Assembly: GCA_013288215.1 (NCBI GenBank)
Contig: JABDCI010000007.1
Span: 1-56,109, forward strand
Source: Verrucomicrobiota bacterium
GTDB lineage: Bacteria; Verrucomicrobiota; Verrucomicrobiia; JABWAM01
Length of the DNA: 56,109 nt
Direction: 5' to 3'
The position numbers were made by a program, and so were the translations under genes. Positions 20,538-30,207 of the stretch are shown piece after piece. The first letter of the stretch is position 1. Every line of letters begins with the position of its first letter. The notes below the pieces were generated by a model. It was not told where the DNA came from, ran no database searches, and was given only the letters and a program-made list of their open reading frames with translations.

Positions 20538-21008
20538 TGACGAAGCGGCGGGGGTGTCCATCGGCATCACGCGCGACGTGCGCGTGTCGAAAAGCTCACC
20601 CACCTTATCATCGACGAAGATATCGATAAGCCGCCATTTGTCGCCGGGACGGTAATAAGTAAAACGCCAGCGCAACGGAAAATTCTCCGACCAGCTCAAA
20701 CAGACTATTTGGAGAAGGCTCATGCCGATGCGCTTCTGCTCGATGATTTCGAAACCCGATATAGGCCCGTAAGTTGTAATGGCTTCGCGTGTCTGCTTCT
20801 TCAAACCTTTGACTTCCTCCTCTTTGCCCTTGATTTTCGTGTTTGCGAGAACCACGTCATACGCCTCGTCGAGCTTGTCCGTCTTGAGCAGCGTGAAAAA
20901 GCTAGTGATCGCCTTTTGGATCTCCGGAGGAGGAGGGGGAGGAGCGGCGGAAACAGAGAAAAGGGTGCTCCAAAAAAGAACCGAAAAAAGAGAAGTTCGA
21001 AAAATCAT
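20511..21008 (-). CDS. Hypothetical secreted protein
   Basis: Signal peptide, poly-Pro linker and an NTF2/DUF4019-like pattern (PLRWRFTYYRPGDKWRL). Confidence 0.7.
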   Translation of the reverse strand: MIFRTSLFSVLFWSTLFSVSAAPPPPPPEIQKAITSFFTLLKTDKLDEAYDVVLANTKIKGKEEEVKGLKKQTREAITTYGPISGFEIIEQKRIGMSLLQIVCLSWSENFPLRWRFTYYRPGDKWRLIDIFVDDKVGELFDTRTSRVMPMDTPAASSSEPNPPGF

Positions 21009-21176
21009 AGGATCATTTCCAATCCGATGTCATTCAGAGCCTTGAAACCAATTGGAAGGCTCGTGGGAGGACATCATGAACGATGGCCTCCAGAATCTCC
21101 GAGACGTTCACTCTCGACAAGTTAAAAAAATAGCTTCAGTCCGTCGATCGTCAGGCCCTCGACCGGTCATGGCCGG

Positions 21177-22295
21177 TCAATTCGCGAGGTCTGCCAAAAA
21201 CCGCTCCCGAAGACGGTCATCGTAATTATAGAGGACGTAACCTGGCAATCCCGCTTGGCGGCAGAGCGAAATCTGTTGATTCAGCTGATCGGCGTGGTCC
21301 AGCATATAGGAACCGATGCCCGCGTACACCGGGATGCGGCCATGCACAAGCCGCTGTTGATTCTCAACCCATTCGTTGAAGCGCCCATTGTTGGGCGTGT
21401 AGTCCATCGGAACCACAAAATCGAGATATCCCTCATCCACCCAGCTCAGCCAGTCCTGCGCATAGTCGTTAACCGCAATTTCGGGGCTGTGCCATACCGC
21501 AGCGGAAACCTTCACGGAAGGATTTGCCTTCCTGACGGCTTTGCTCACATCACACACAACGGAGGTGATGAGATCGGTGCGCCAGCGATGATATTCCTTC
21601 CGATATCTTCCAGTCACAACCTCGGCAGGCCACTCTTTGATTTTGACGCCCCTTGCCTTTTCAAAGGCAGCGCGTGAGGTCGCACTGAAATCCACGCTGG
21701 GACTAAAATAACGGATATAATCGAACTGGACGCCGTCGAGATCATATTTACTCACGAGTTCCACCATCGCCTTGACCTCCAGTTCGCGATTTGACGCGAG
21801 TGCCGGGGTCCGGACGGGAACATTGTAGGTGGGTCGCAAAGCGCGCCCTTTCATATCACGCATCACCTTTCCCGTCTTGATTGCCGATTCCACTTCGGAG
21901 AGCGGGGCGTAATGCATCATGAAACAGACGTGCCACGCATGAATCTGCATCCCATATTTTTTTCCAGCAGCAACATAGGCTGCTGCATAATCCTCGTCGG
22001 TTCCAGGCGCTTGGGGCAACACGGAACTCGGATAATAAGCCGCACCGGCCGAGCTCAGGCGCACGAAAACAGCATTGAAACCTGCTTGCTTCAAGGAACG
22101 AACCACCTCGTCGGCATTGAACCGGCGCGGATCGTAAACCCACGCACCCCGAAATTCATGCAAAGAGGACCGGGCTGGCCGGGTCGACCCCTGCCAAGAC
22201 CGCTCTCCCTGGGTCGAAGACGTGGTCTGGGTCGTCTCACACGAAGCAAGGAGCATCACAGCCAAGAGGCAGAAAGTGAGACGATGAAAACTCAT
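21177..22295 (-). CDS. Lipoprotein, glycosyl hydrolase-like family 10 (GHL10/YddW-like TIM barrel)
   Basis: Lipobox LLASC; RGAWV, GFNAVFV, DGVQFDYIRY, QDWLSW and PMDY. Confidence 0.85.
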   Translation of the reverse strand: MSFHRLTFCLLAVMLLASCETTQTTSSTQGERSWQGSTRPARSSLHEFRGAWVYDPRRFNADEVVRSLKQAGFNAVFVRLSSAGAAYYPSSVLPQAPGTDEDYAAAYVAAGKKYGMQIHAWHVCFMMHYAPLSEVESAIKTGKVMRDMKGRALRPTYNVPVRTPALASNRELEVKAMVELVSKYDLDGVQFDYIRYFSPSVDFSATSRAAFEKARGVKIKEWPAEVVTGRYRKEYHRWRTDLITSVVCDVSKAVRKANPSVKVSAAVWHSPEIAVNDYAQDWLSWVDEGYLDFVVPMDYTPNNGRFNEWVENQQRLVHGRIPVYAGIGSYMLDHADQLNQQISLCRQAGLPGYVLYNYDDRLRERFLADLAN

Positions 22296-22398
22296 GCTTT
22301 ACTTATTCAATCGGCAGACTATCCCCTCGTCTTAAAGAGAATCGAACACCAAAAAGTCTCTGAGGAGAGAGAAAGATGATTCCACGACCACCTATCGA

Positions 22399-22665
22399 TC
22401 ATTGCCTTGAGGGTTTTGGAATGAAGTTGCTGATCACACATACGTCGCCTAGCACCTCGGTTTCGCCTGCCAGGCGAAATTGCGCAGGCTTGTCCTTCAG
22501 GAGCATGTTCTCGACCTTCGAACGAGGACTCAGATGTTCGAGCCCTTCCACCACTTCGATCGTGCCAGAAAGGTCGATGCCATTTTTTTTGGCGGCGATT
22601 TTCAAGTTCGCAAACTTGCCGACCTTGATTTTCTTTTTCTCGATCAGGAATTCTACCGTGGGCAT
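22399..22665 (-). CDS. 2Fe-2S ferredoxin-like beta-grasp protein lacking the cluster cysteines
   Basis: MPTVEF...ANL..AAKKNGIDL, EGLEHLSP, RLAGET.VLGDV. Matches plant-type ferredoxin flanks but has no Cys loop. Confidence 0.6.
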   Translation of the reverse strand: MPTVEFLIEKKKIKVGKFANLKIAAKKNGIDLSGTIEVVEGLEHLSPRSKVENMLLKDKPAQFRLAGETEVLGDVCVISNFIPKPSRQ

Positions 22666-22844
22666 GAAAACAATTTTTCAACGATTACGGCACCGCCGTC
22701 TTTTGCGCAACTCCTGATTTCAATTTCTTTCGCGAAAGCCTCTGGAGCGTGTCACGGGGGTGCTCTCCTTGAGGTTTCTGACACCTCCCCAGGCCTCCCC
22801 TTTCGCATTGACGGGCTTGGGGATGAGATCCACCTTTTCACCCT

Positions 22845-24428
22845 GTGAATCTACGATCCCTCGTTCCCTGGATTTCGGCGATGATGTCGGGCGTCCTTAT
22901 GGCGTTGAGCTTCGAACCATGGACCATCAGCATGCTGGCGTGGTTCGCATGGGTTCCTTTATTGGCGCAGATCGCAACGAGTCCCGCCCAACCGCGCTTC
23001 CTGAAAGCTTTCATTCTCGGATGGATCACCGGCCTCACATTCTGGCTGATCAGCATTCAATGGCTTCATCATGTCACTCTGATCGGAATGATGGCGCTGG
23101 CGATATTTCTTGCACTTTATATGGGTCTTTGGAGCGGCTTTGTCGCCGCCGTCCGCGCCAGATGGCCCGGAATGCACGGGGTCACGCACATCGGCATCGC
23201 TCTGGCAGGCGCTTGTGCGTGGGTCATCCTGGAATGGCTGCGGGGCTGGTTCCTTGGCGGATTTCCATGGAATTTCGCGGCGGTCAGCCAATATCGGAAC
23301 CTTCCTCTTATCCAGATCGCCGCATGGACAGGTCCTTACGGGATCTCGTTTGTGATTCTTTTCTTCAATATCACTCTCTGGTTGACCTATTGCCGTATGA
23401 AACACGAGTGCGTCACCACAGGATTCAGGTTTGCCGCGCGATCCTGGCGCTATGAATTTTCGCTCGCGCTTTTTCTTTGGGTCGGTCTTTGTTCGGTCGG
23501 ACTCCACTTCATCCTGCATCAGCAGAATCCTTCCAAGACAGAGACGCTCAAAGTTGCGCTCATTCAGCCCAACATTCCACAGGACGTGAAATATGAAGCG
23601 CTGAGCGAAGAGGAGCAGTGGAAACGGCTGCGAGAACTCAGTGAACAGGCAGCCATCTTTCAACCGGATCTGATTCTTTGGCCCGAAACCGCTCTCGTCG
23701 ATGGTCCCACTTATGACCTCACGAGCCACCGATGGCTTTCTGGATTACTCGCGCAGCTGCAGATACCGATCCTGCTTGGTGCCATCGACGCGGTGAGAAA
23801 TGAGACGAACGCAGATGGAACATTCCGATGGAAATATTACAACGGGGCGATTCTGGCCCACCCGGATGGACGGTTTGACCCGCTTTATCACAAGCTTCAG
23901 CTCGTTCCTTTCGGTGAATATGTTCCCTTTGAAAAGTGGCTTCCTTGCCTCAAAAAAATGACGCCGATCGCCGTCAGCATGTCACCCGGGGACAAGCCAG
24001 TCCTTTTTCAACATCCCAAAGGACGTCTCGGCGTGCTGATCTGCTTTGAAGACACTTTTCCCTCGCTCGCCCGCGATATAAGCCGTGAAGGCGCGGATAT
24101 CTTAGTGAATCTGACAAATGATGCCTGGTTCAAAACGTCTCCAGGGGCGATGATGCACGCGGCAAATTCCGTCATGCGTTGCATCGAAACACACCGGCCC
24201 ATGGTCCGCTGCACCAATCATGGATTGACCCTCATCATCAGTCCACTCGGACAGATTCTGGATTCCGCCGAACCGTTTCAAACCGGTTATAAATGCGCCA
24301 CCATCACCTACCAAACCAACGCAGGTCAGACCTTTTACACGCGTCACGGCGACTGGTTTATCTGGATCTGCCTTGCGCCTGTGCTTTTTGGACTGATCTT
24401 TTTGACAAGATCGGATATCCAAAAATAA
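22845..24428 (+). CDS. lnt: Apolipoprotein N-acyltransferase
   Basis: EWLRG...GGFPW, WPET, YHKLQLVPFGEYVP, ICFED and TNDAWF (E-K-C triad). Confidence 0.93.
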   Translation: MNLRSLVPWISAMMSGVLMALSFEPWTISMLAWFAWVPLLAQIATSPAQPRFLKAFILGWITGLTFWLISIQWLHHVTLIGMMALAIFLALYMGLWSGFVAAVRARWPGMHGVTHIGIALAGACAWVILEWLRGWFLGGFPWNFAAVSQYRNLPLIQIAAWTGPYGISFVILFFNITLWLTYCRMKHECVTTGFRFAARSWRYEFSLALFLWVGLCSVGLHFILHQQNPSKTETLKVALIQPNIPQDVKYEALSEEEQWKRLRELSEQAAIFQPDLILWPETALVDGPTYDLTSHRWLSGLLAQLQIPILLGAIDAVRNETNADGTFRWKYYNGAILAHPDGRFDPLYHKLQLVPFGEYVPFEKWLPCLKKMTPIAVSMSPGDKPVLFQHPKGRLGVLICFEDTFPSLARDISREGADILVNLTNDAWFKTSPGAMMHAANSVMRCIETHRPMVRCTNHGLTLIISPLGQILDSAEPFQTGYKCATITYQTNAGQTFYTRHGDWFIWICLAPVLFGLIFLTRSDIQK

Positions 24429-24436
24429 ATCCACGC

Positions 24437-25030
24437 ATGACGCTCGCCAATATCATCACTTTGACGCGCATCGCGCTCATTCCATGCTTTGTGCTGGCCG
24501 TGACGTATTACGCTCAGAGCGTCCAACACGGCACTCCAGAGTCATGGGAGCATGCCCTTGCCATCCTCTTCTTCACCCTGGCAGCGAGCACAGATGCCCT
24601 TGACGGTTATCTTGCTCGACGACTCAATCAGAAGAGCCGCCTTGGAACCATTCTTGATCCCATCGCCGACAAGGCACTTCTTGTCACCGCCCTCATCCTG
24701 CTGAGTTGGAATCATGGCGACGCGTTCGACCAGCTTCCACTCTGGTTTCCCATTGTCATCATCAGCCGTGATGTGATCGTGGTGCTCGGCGTGGCGGTCG
24801 TGTTCATGATGGGCAAGGGTCTGCATGTCCAACCGCACTGGATCGGCAAAGTGGCGACCGTGCTTCAAATGATTACCGCAGGACTTGTTCTGATCCGCGT
24901 TCCATCGCTTTATTGGACATTGCCGATGTGGATCGCGGGCGTTTTCACAGTCATCTCAGGCGTGATTTACGTCATCCAAGGCAGCTACAAGGTTGGGCAC
25001 GAAGAAGCCCCTCAGTCGGGCAAATTGTAG
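24437..25030 (+). CDS. pgsA: CDP-alcohol phosphatidyltransferase (PgsA-like)
   Basis: ANIITLTRI and TDALDGYLARRLNQKSRLGTILDPIADK. Confidence 0.88.
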   Translation: MTLANIITLTRIALIPCFVLAVTYYAQSVQHGTPESWEHALAILFFTLAASTDALDGYLARRLNQKSRLGTILDPIADKALLVTALILLSWNHGDAFDQLPLWFPIVIISRDVIVVLGVAVVFMMGKGLHVQPHWIGKVATVLQMITAGLVLIRVPSLYWTLPMWIAGVFTVISGVIYVIQGSYKVGHEEAPQSGKL

Positions 25031-25800
25031 CGCCAATCCTTCACGTTTTCCACTTTGACAAGCCGCGCACTCACTGTTCCCACCGGCAGCTGCGATACCA
25101 CACGAACGGGAATCTTGTGTTCGTCATCACTGACCCATACCACCATCTTCCCTTTCCTCACGAACCCACCGAGATATTCCGTGTTCGGCTCGACTTTGAA
25201 TGTCGGAATGGGAGCGAAATTGGGCAGCTCGACAGTCTCTTCCTTGAGCTTTTTTACTTTGACCTCGTAGTTTCCCTTGTCGTTTCCCAAAATCGCGCTC
25301 GCGAAATCCCGCCGGCTCCATTCGAGACCTCGCATGAAGTAGATCATGGAAAACTTGTCGAGCACCCCTGTTTGCGGAATCTCAAACCATTTAGTCTCGC
25401 CGGAAACATACGATTGCGTGCTCGCAATACTTTTTTCAGGATAATACCAGGATTCCTCCCATGTGGACTTCGCTCTTTCGGAACGATTCTGCAGGGTTCG
25501 GATGGAACATTGTTTCGTCCAATCGAAATCGCTCTCCAGGTGAGCCTCCACCGGATAAAGCTTCGAAATAAAATCATTGGATCTCCCGTCGATGACGAAA
25601 CGATAGACGCCTTCACGGTCCGTCGACTCGACCTCAAAGGTTCCACGACCCACCATGAAAGGCCCCCAATAAAAATGATACGTCAGTCGCTCACCGACCT
25701 GAAACGGCGTCTCATCCGAAAAGCCTGACGAGCAGAGAAAAAGACATAATCCCACGGCATATTTCAAAAAACCCGTTGTCTTACCGAGGAAAAATTTCAT
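25012..25800 (-). CDS. DUF3108-like exported protein
   Basis: Signal peptide; PFQVGERLTYHFYWG; VWVSDDEHKIPVRV. Confidence 0.75.
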   Translation of the reverse strand: MKFFLGKTTGFLKYAVGLCLFLCSSGFSDETPFQVGERLTYHFYWGPFMVGRGTFEVESTDREGVYRFVIDGRSNDFISKLYPVEAHLESDFDWTKQCSIRTLQNRSERAKSTWEESWYYPEKSIASTQSYVSGETKWFEIPQTGVLDKFSMIYFMRGLEWSRRDFASAILGNDKGNYEVKVKKLKEETVELPNFAPIPTFKVEPNTEYLGGFVRKGKMVVWVSDDEHKIPVRVVSQLPVGTVSARLVKVENVKDWRYNLPD

Positions 25801-25871
25801 GTCGAACCTGACGTGACCAAATGGGGATTGATTTGGGTCGCTGCCACATGGAATGTTTCCAAGAATTCAGT

Positions 25872-26627
25872 ATGGCATATTACGGTCGATTTCAAAGCGA
25901 AGACAGGACGTTTTATGGCGAAGTGCTCCGTGACAAAATCTTGGAGCTCCACGCAAATCCCTTGCTGGAGGCTCCTTCGGTGGTGCGCGAGCATCCCCTT
26001 GCCAGCCTGCAGATCCTGGTTCCGGTCGTGCCTTCGAAGGTCATTGCCGTCGGCCTGAACTATGCCGATCATGCGAAGGAGACAGGCAAACCCATTCCCG
26101 AGGAGCCTCTCATCTGGATCAAAGCAAACTCGTCACTCCTTCCTCATGAAAGTGTCATCCAAATCGCCTATCCAGAGCACCGGACAGATTTCGAAGCGGA
26201 ACTTTGCATCGTCATGGGCCGCCACACAAAGGGTGTGAACGAGAACGGCGCGGTGGCATCCATTTTCGGCTACACTTGCTCTCAGGACATCACGGATCGC
26301 ACCATCCAGGCGCGCGAGTCGCAATGGACCCGGTCCAAATCATTTGATACCTACACGCCCATCGGCCCTTTTATTCGGACCGATCTGGATCCGTCCAATC
26401 TCCGGATTCAACAGTTTCAGAACGGGATGGTGCGCCAGGACTCGCGCACCACACAATGCATTTTTAAACCCGCGCAACTCGTCAGCTTCATCAGCCAGCA
26501 TATCACACTCCTGCCCGGAGACGTGATTCTTACAGGCACACCACCCGGGATTCATCCCATTCAAAAAGGCGATCAATTGGAAGTCCGCATCGAGGGCCTG
26601 GCATCCCTGCAAAATTCGGTCGCCTAG
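25872..26627 (+). CDS. Fumarylacetoacetate hydrolase family protein
   Basis: VGLNYADH, DFEAEL, DITDR, KSFDTYTPIGP and GDVILTGTP. Confidence 0.92.
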   Translation: MAYYGRFQSEDRTFYGEVLRDKILELHANPLLEAPSVVREHPLASLQILVPVVPSKVIAVGLNYADHAKETGKPIPEEPLIWIKANSSLLPHESVIQIAYPEHRTDFEAELCIVMGRHTKGVNENGAVASIFGYTCSQDITDRTIQARESQWTRSKSFDTYTPIGPFIRTDLDPSNLRIQQFQNGMVRQDSRTTQCIFKPAQLVSFISQHITLLPGDVILTGTPPGIHPIQKGDQLEVRIEGLASLQNSVA

Positions 26628-27049
26628 GAACGCAAAAGAACCATGCCTGCAATGGCAAGTATGACCCCAAGAAGTCTCGCGACTGAAACGGGTTCCTTGA
26701 AAAAGACGAAGCCAGCGACCGCCATGAAGGCCATCCCGACCGCAAGAATGGCAGGCACCACCGAGAGTGTTCCACCCTTCTGAAAAAGCAGGAAAAAGAA
26801 AACCGTTCCTATGCCGACACAGATTCCTGTTGCAACAGAATAACAGACTCCTGAAGCCGTTGCCATCTGCGTCCATTTTCCGGAGAATCGAAGCAGGAGC
26901 AGGTAGGCCAGGATCGTGAGCGTGGCGCTCCCTTCCACCACCAACCCGCCCAAACCGTCACTCATTCGATCCGCAGCCAATTTTGTGAAAATTTGGTGCA
27001 GTCCATAAAGTAACGCCGCTCCGAGGGCATAAAATATCCAGGTGAACAT
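26624..27049 (-). CDS. EamA/DMT family small transporter
   Basis: Five TM helices; FFKEPVS...LGVILA signature. Confidence 0.82.
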   Translation of the reverse strand: MFTWIFYALGAALLYGLHQIFTKLAADRMSDGLGGLVVEGSATLTILAYLLLLRFSGKWTQMATASGVCYSVATGICVGIGTVFFFLLFQKGGTLSVVPAILAVGMAFMAVAGFVFFKEPVSVARLLGVILAIAGMVLLRS

Positions 27050-27074
27050 TTTTTCAGTAAGCTTGATCCCTCTC

Positions 27075-27674
27075 TCAATCGGCATATTTTACGCCGCAGC
27101 CATATTGCTTCGTCGTCGACACGGTTACGGGTTTGCCCGCCATCAGATCGGCGAGTGCGGCGCGCACGTAATTATTCGCCTTCCTGGGAGAAACCGTCGT
27201 GTTCGGCTGGTCGTCAATAGCGCCCTGATAAACAAGTTTGCCTTCTTGATTCACAATAAACATATGGGGGGTGCTCTTCGCGCCATACCTCTTGCCCACT
27301 TTTCCATCAGCGTCCTGCAGCATGGCTGTCGAATGAATGTTGAGCTGCTCCACCTGATTTTTGGCCTGATCAAGGGTGAGATAATTTTGATGCTTGGGAT
27401 TCGTTGAGTTGACGGTGAGCCAGATGATTCCTCTGTCTGTATATTCCTTCTGCAACGCCTGCATATCGCCTTCACGATAGTGCTTTTGAACAAAGGGGCA
27501 TCCCATATTGAACCATTCCAGGACGACAATTTTGCCCTGATAATCGGAGAGCTTGATCGTCTTGCCGTCGACCGATGGGAGGGTAAAGTCCGGCGCTTGA
27601 TCTCCTGTCTTGAGATCCGCAAAGCCCATCGGGCAGAGCGCGAGAAAAATCCAAAAAAGAAGAGGACGATTCAT
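27075..27674 (-). CDS. Secreted AhpC/TSA-like redoxin
   Basis: [35 protein letters not shown] and YGCGVKY. Confidence 0.88.
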   Translation of the reverse strand: MNRPLLFWIFLALCPMGFADLKTGDQAPDFTLPSVDGKTIKLSDYQGKIVVLEWFNMGCPFVQKHYREGDMQALQKEYTDRGIIWLTVNSTNPKHQNYLTLDQAKNQVEQLNIHSTAMLQDADGKVGKRYGAKSTPHMFIVNQEGKLVYQGAIDDQPNTTVSPRKANNYVRAALADLMAGKPVTVSTTKQYGCGVKYAD

Positions 27675-27771
27675 GATTCAAAAAGCTTCCCTTGCTCTCT
27701 CGATCTTGTCAAATCCACATGCCGCAGCTTTTTCTCCTTTGTTTCCAGCTCCTGTCCCCTAACTTCTTTTT

Positions 27772-28791
27772 ATGAAGCTCAAGTTCGGGGTCATTGGTCC
27801 CCACCATGGACACATTTACGCCATGATCGACGGGCTTCTCAAGACGGGACGGGCCGAATGTGTCTCATTTTTTGCTGGAACGCCCGATTCAGAACGCCAA
27901 ATGCTCAAATGCTTCCCCTTTGCAGAATCGGCACCTGCCGAAGAAAAAGTCCTTGGCAACCCCGATCTTCAGCTGATCTGCTCCGCAGACGTGAATGACC
28001 GGCGGGGGGCGCTGGCCATTCGCGCGATGCAGGCAGGCAAGGATTTTTTAGTGGATAAGCCAGGTGTGATTTCGCTCTCCCAATTGGAAGAGATCGAACG
28101 TGTCCAACGGCACACAGGCCGGCTCTGGTTCGTCTGGTATGGCGAACGTTTGATGGACCCGTGTAGCAGGAGGGCCGTCGACATCGTGCGCGCAGGCATG
28201 CTCGGCAGGATCGTCAACGTCATCGGTCTTGGTCCACACAAGCTCACCCTTCATCGCCGTCCCGATTGGATGTTCCGTCCGGACTCCTATGGCGGCATTC
28301 TCACCGACCTTGGCATTCACTCGCTCGACATGTTTGTTCAGTTGGCGGGTCCCGCATGGAGTGTGCTCCAATCAAGGACGGGGAATTTCGGAACGTCTCA
28401 ATATCCGCGTTTTGAGGATTTCGGCGATATGACTCTTTCACATTCGGATGGATGCACCGGATATATTCGTGTCGATTGGCTCACCCCGGACGCCATGCCA
28501 ACTTACGGGGATCAACGCTTCATCATTACCGGAACTCATGGCATGATCGAACTTCGCAAAACTCTGGATCTCGCGGTCGACAACCATCGCTTTACCGGTC
28601 AGCAGTTGATTTTTGCGACACAAGATCAGGAACCGCACCGGATAGACTGTTCAGGCAAGACAACTTTTTACGAAGAATTGATACAGGACGTGCATGATCG
28701 CGTGAATCGCTGCGTTCCACACTCCCTCTCATTCGCCGCGACGCGTCTGGCCTTGGACGCTCAGCAAAGGGCCTCTCATCTTTCAACGTGA
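27772..28791 (+). CDS. Gfo/Idh/MocA family oxidoreductase
   Basis: GVIGPHHGHI, LVDKP, GGILTDLGIH, FEDFG and WLTP. Confidence 0.88.
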   Translation: MKLKFGVIGPHHGHIYAMIDGLLKTGRAECVSFFAGTPDSERQMLKCFPFAESAPAEEKVLGNPDLQLICSADVNDRRGALAIRAMQAGKDFLVDKPGVISLSQLEEIERVQRHTGRLWFVWYGERLMDPCSRRAVDIVRAGMLGRIVNVIGLGPHKLTLHRRPDWMFRPDSYGGILTDLGIHSLDMFVQLAGPAWSVLQSRTGNFGTSQYPRFEDFGDMTLSHSDGCTGYIRVDWLTPDAMPTYGDQRFIITGTHGMIELRKTLDLAVDNHRFTGQQLIFATQDQEPHRIDCSGKTTFYEELIQDVHDRVNRCVPHSLSFAATRLALDAQQRASHLST

Positions 28792-28839
28792 ACGGCGCCA
28801 GCCTCACAATCTCCTCGAGCATGAAGCTTGCTTTGGACC

Positions 28840-30126
28840 TCACTGGTTCGTGAGGGCGCTTTGTGCCTCAGCCTGCTTGCGGGCGCTCTCCAGCACATTC
28901 GGACGTTCCACCATCAGGGAACGTTTGACCATCCAAGGCGCGGGCAGCATGGACCACTCAAACTCAGAACACTCCTTAAGATATTCCTGATAAGGCCTGC
29001 GGATGTCGTCAAGATCGATTTTTCGACCTGTCATCTTCCCCCACCAGGTTTCGATGGCATCGAGATACCAAAACCCATGTTCCCAGCTCGGCTCAATCGC
29101 CGTTCCTTCTTCAAAGTCATTCCAAGTCACAATCTGAATCAATTCAGGATGAAATTTGAACGCGCGGTCGAACGTATCGCGCAAAACGGAGAGTCCGTAG
29201 CGTTCTGTTTTGCGTGGTCCGGATCCCCATCCCCACACCCCGGTATCATCAAAACCCGGACAGATCATCGACATGTAAAATTGAAGCTTCCCATTCTTGC
29301 GCGCTTCTTCTGCCTCAGAGGGGAACTCTTTCAACACGTCGGTATCCGGCGTCCACCAGAGATAGGCGCCCTGCATGAGGGGATGATAGTGGCGGTCAAA
29401 ATTTTGCCGTGCATACACGAGAGGCCCTGGAACTTTGGCGAAGATTTTTTTCCATTGTTCCGGGCTCGTATTTCGTAATGCCTTGCCTTCATCCCAGTGG
29501 TTGAACTGGAAAATGAAAGGAAGGCCGAGGCGCTTCAAATAAGCAGGGTCGTGACCATAATGGGTGACAATGTACGTCAGGTCCTCGATAATCTTGGCTT
29601 CAATGGCTTGGGGATCCTTGAGGTCTCTGAATTTCTCGTAGTTGATTTTCTCCTCGTAGCAAAGAGCGATTTTCATCCCAAACTTGCGTGCCTCCTTCAA
29701 GAGAAGGGGGATCTGCTGATTCTCATAGCTTTCCGGCCCGTACCAATCCACGAGGAACGCCTGGACGCCAATGGCTTTGGCCGTCTTCAAATGATAGCGA
29801 ACCACCCGGGGACTCCAAGAGTTGTAGGGACCGATAAGAGGATAAAAATCGGAAGAAATATTCCGCAATCCATCCGCGCGAACATGCATCGGATCTCGTG
29901 TTGGTCCGCATTCTTCCCACTTCCAATGAAACCAAGTAAGAGTAGGATCCCGTGGCGACTTTTCCACTTGAAACCATGGCATGTAATGGGCCACCAGATG
30001 AGGAGGTCGGCCCTCGAGATTCCACGGAGACTCGCCAGTTGGGTGATCGAAAGGACGATCCCATCTCCAAAGCACAAACGCAAAAGCCGCCAAAATCAAC
30101 AAAGCGGGCCACAGAAAACGTCGCAT
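28840..30126 (-). CDS. GH99/GH71-like glycoside hydrolase with an N-terminal anchor
   Basis: AHYMPWF, YPLIGPYNS, FLVDWYG, PGFDD and VTWNDFEEGTAIEP. Confidence 0.8.
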   Translation of the reverse strand: MRRFLWPALLILAAFAFVLWRWDRPFDHPTGESPWNLEGRPPHLVAHYMPWFQVEKSPRDPTLTWFHWKWEECGPTRDPMHVRADGLRNISSDFYPLIGPYNSWSPRVVRYHLKTAKAIGVQAFLVDWYGPESYENQQIPLLLKEARKFGMKIALCYEEKINYEKFRDLKDPQAIEAKIIEDLTYIVTHYGHDPAYLKRLGLPFIFQFNHWDEGKALRNTSPEQWKKIFAKVPGPLVYARQNFDRHYHPLMQGAYLWWTPDTDVLKEFPSEAEEARKNGKLQFYMSMICPGFDDTGVWGWGSGPRKTERYGLSVLRDTFDRAFKFHPELIQIVTWNDFEEGTAIEPSWEHGFWYLDAIETWWGKMTGRKIDLDDIRRPYQEYLKECSEFEWSMLPAPWMVKRSLMVERPNVLESARKQAEAQSALTNQ

Positions 30127-30207
30127 AAAATCCAGTCGATCAGATCAGGAACTCCTCCCGTCGAAAGAACATTCTTATATCTTAGCAGGAAACGTTTACA
30201 ATACATT

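Noticed and set aside
21066-21230. Small plus-strand ORF (MNDGLQN...) with a GGAGG RBS inside a hairpin
   Set aside because: It runs antisense into the GHL10 gene and has no recognisable motif; the hairpin may be incidental or part of a terminator region.
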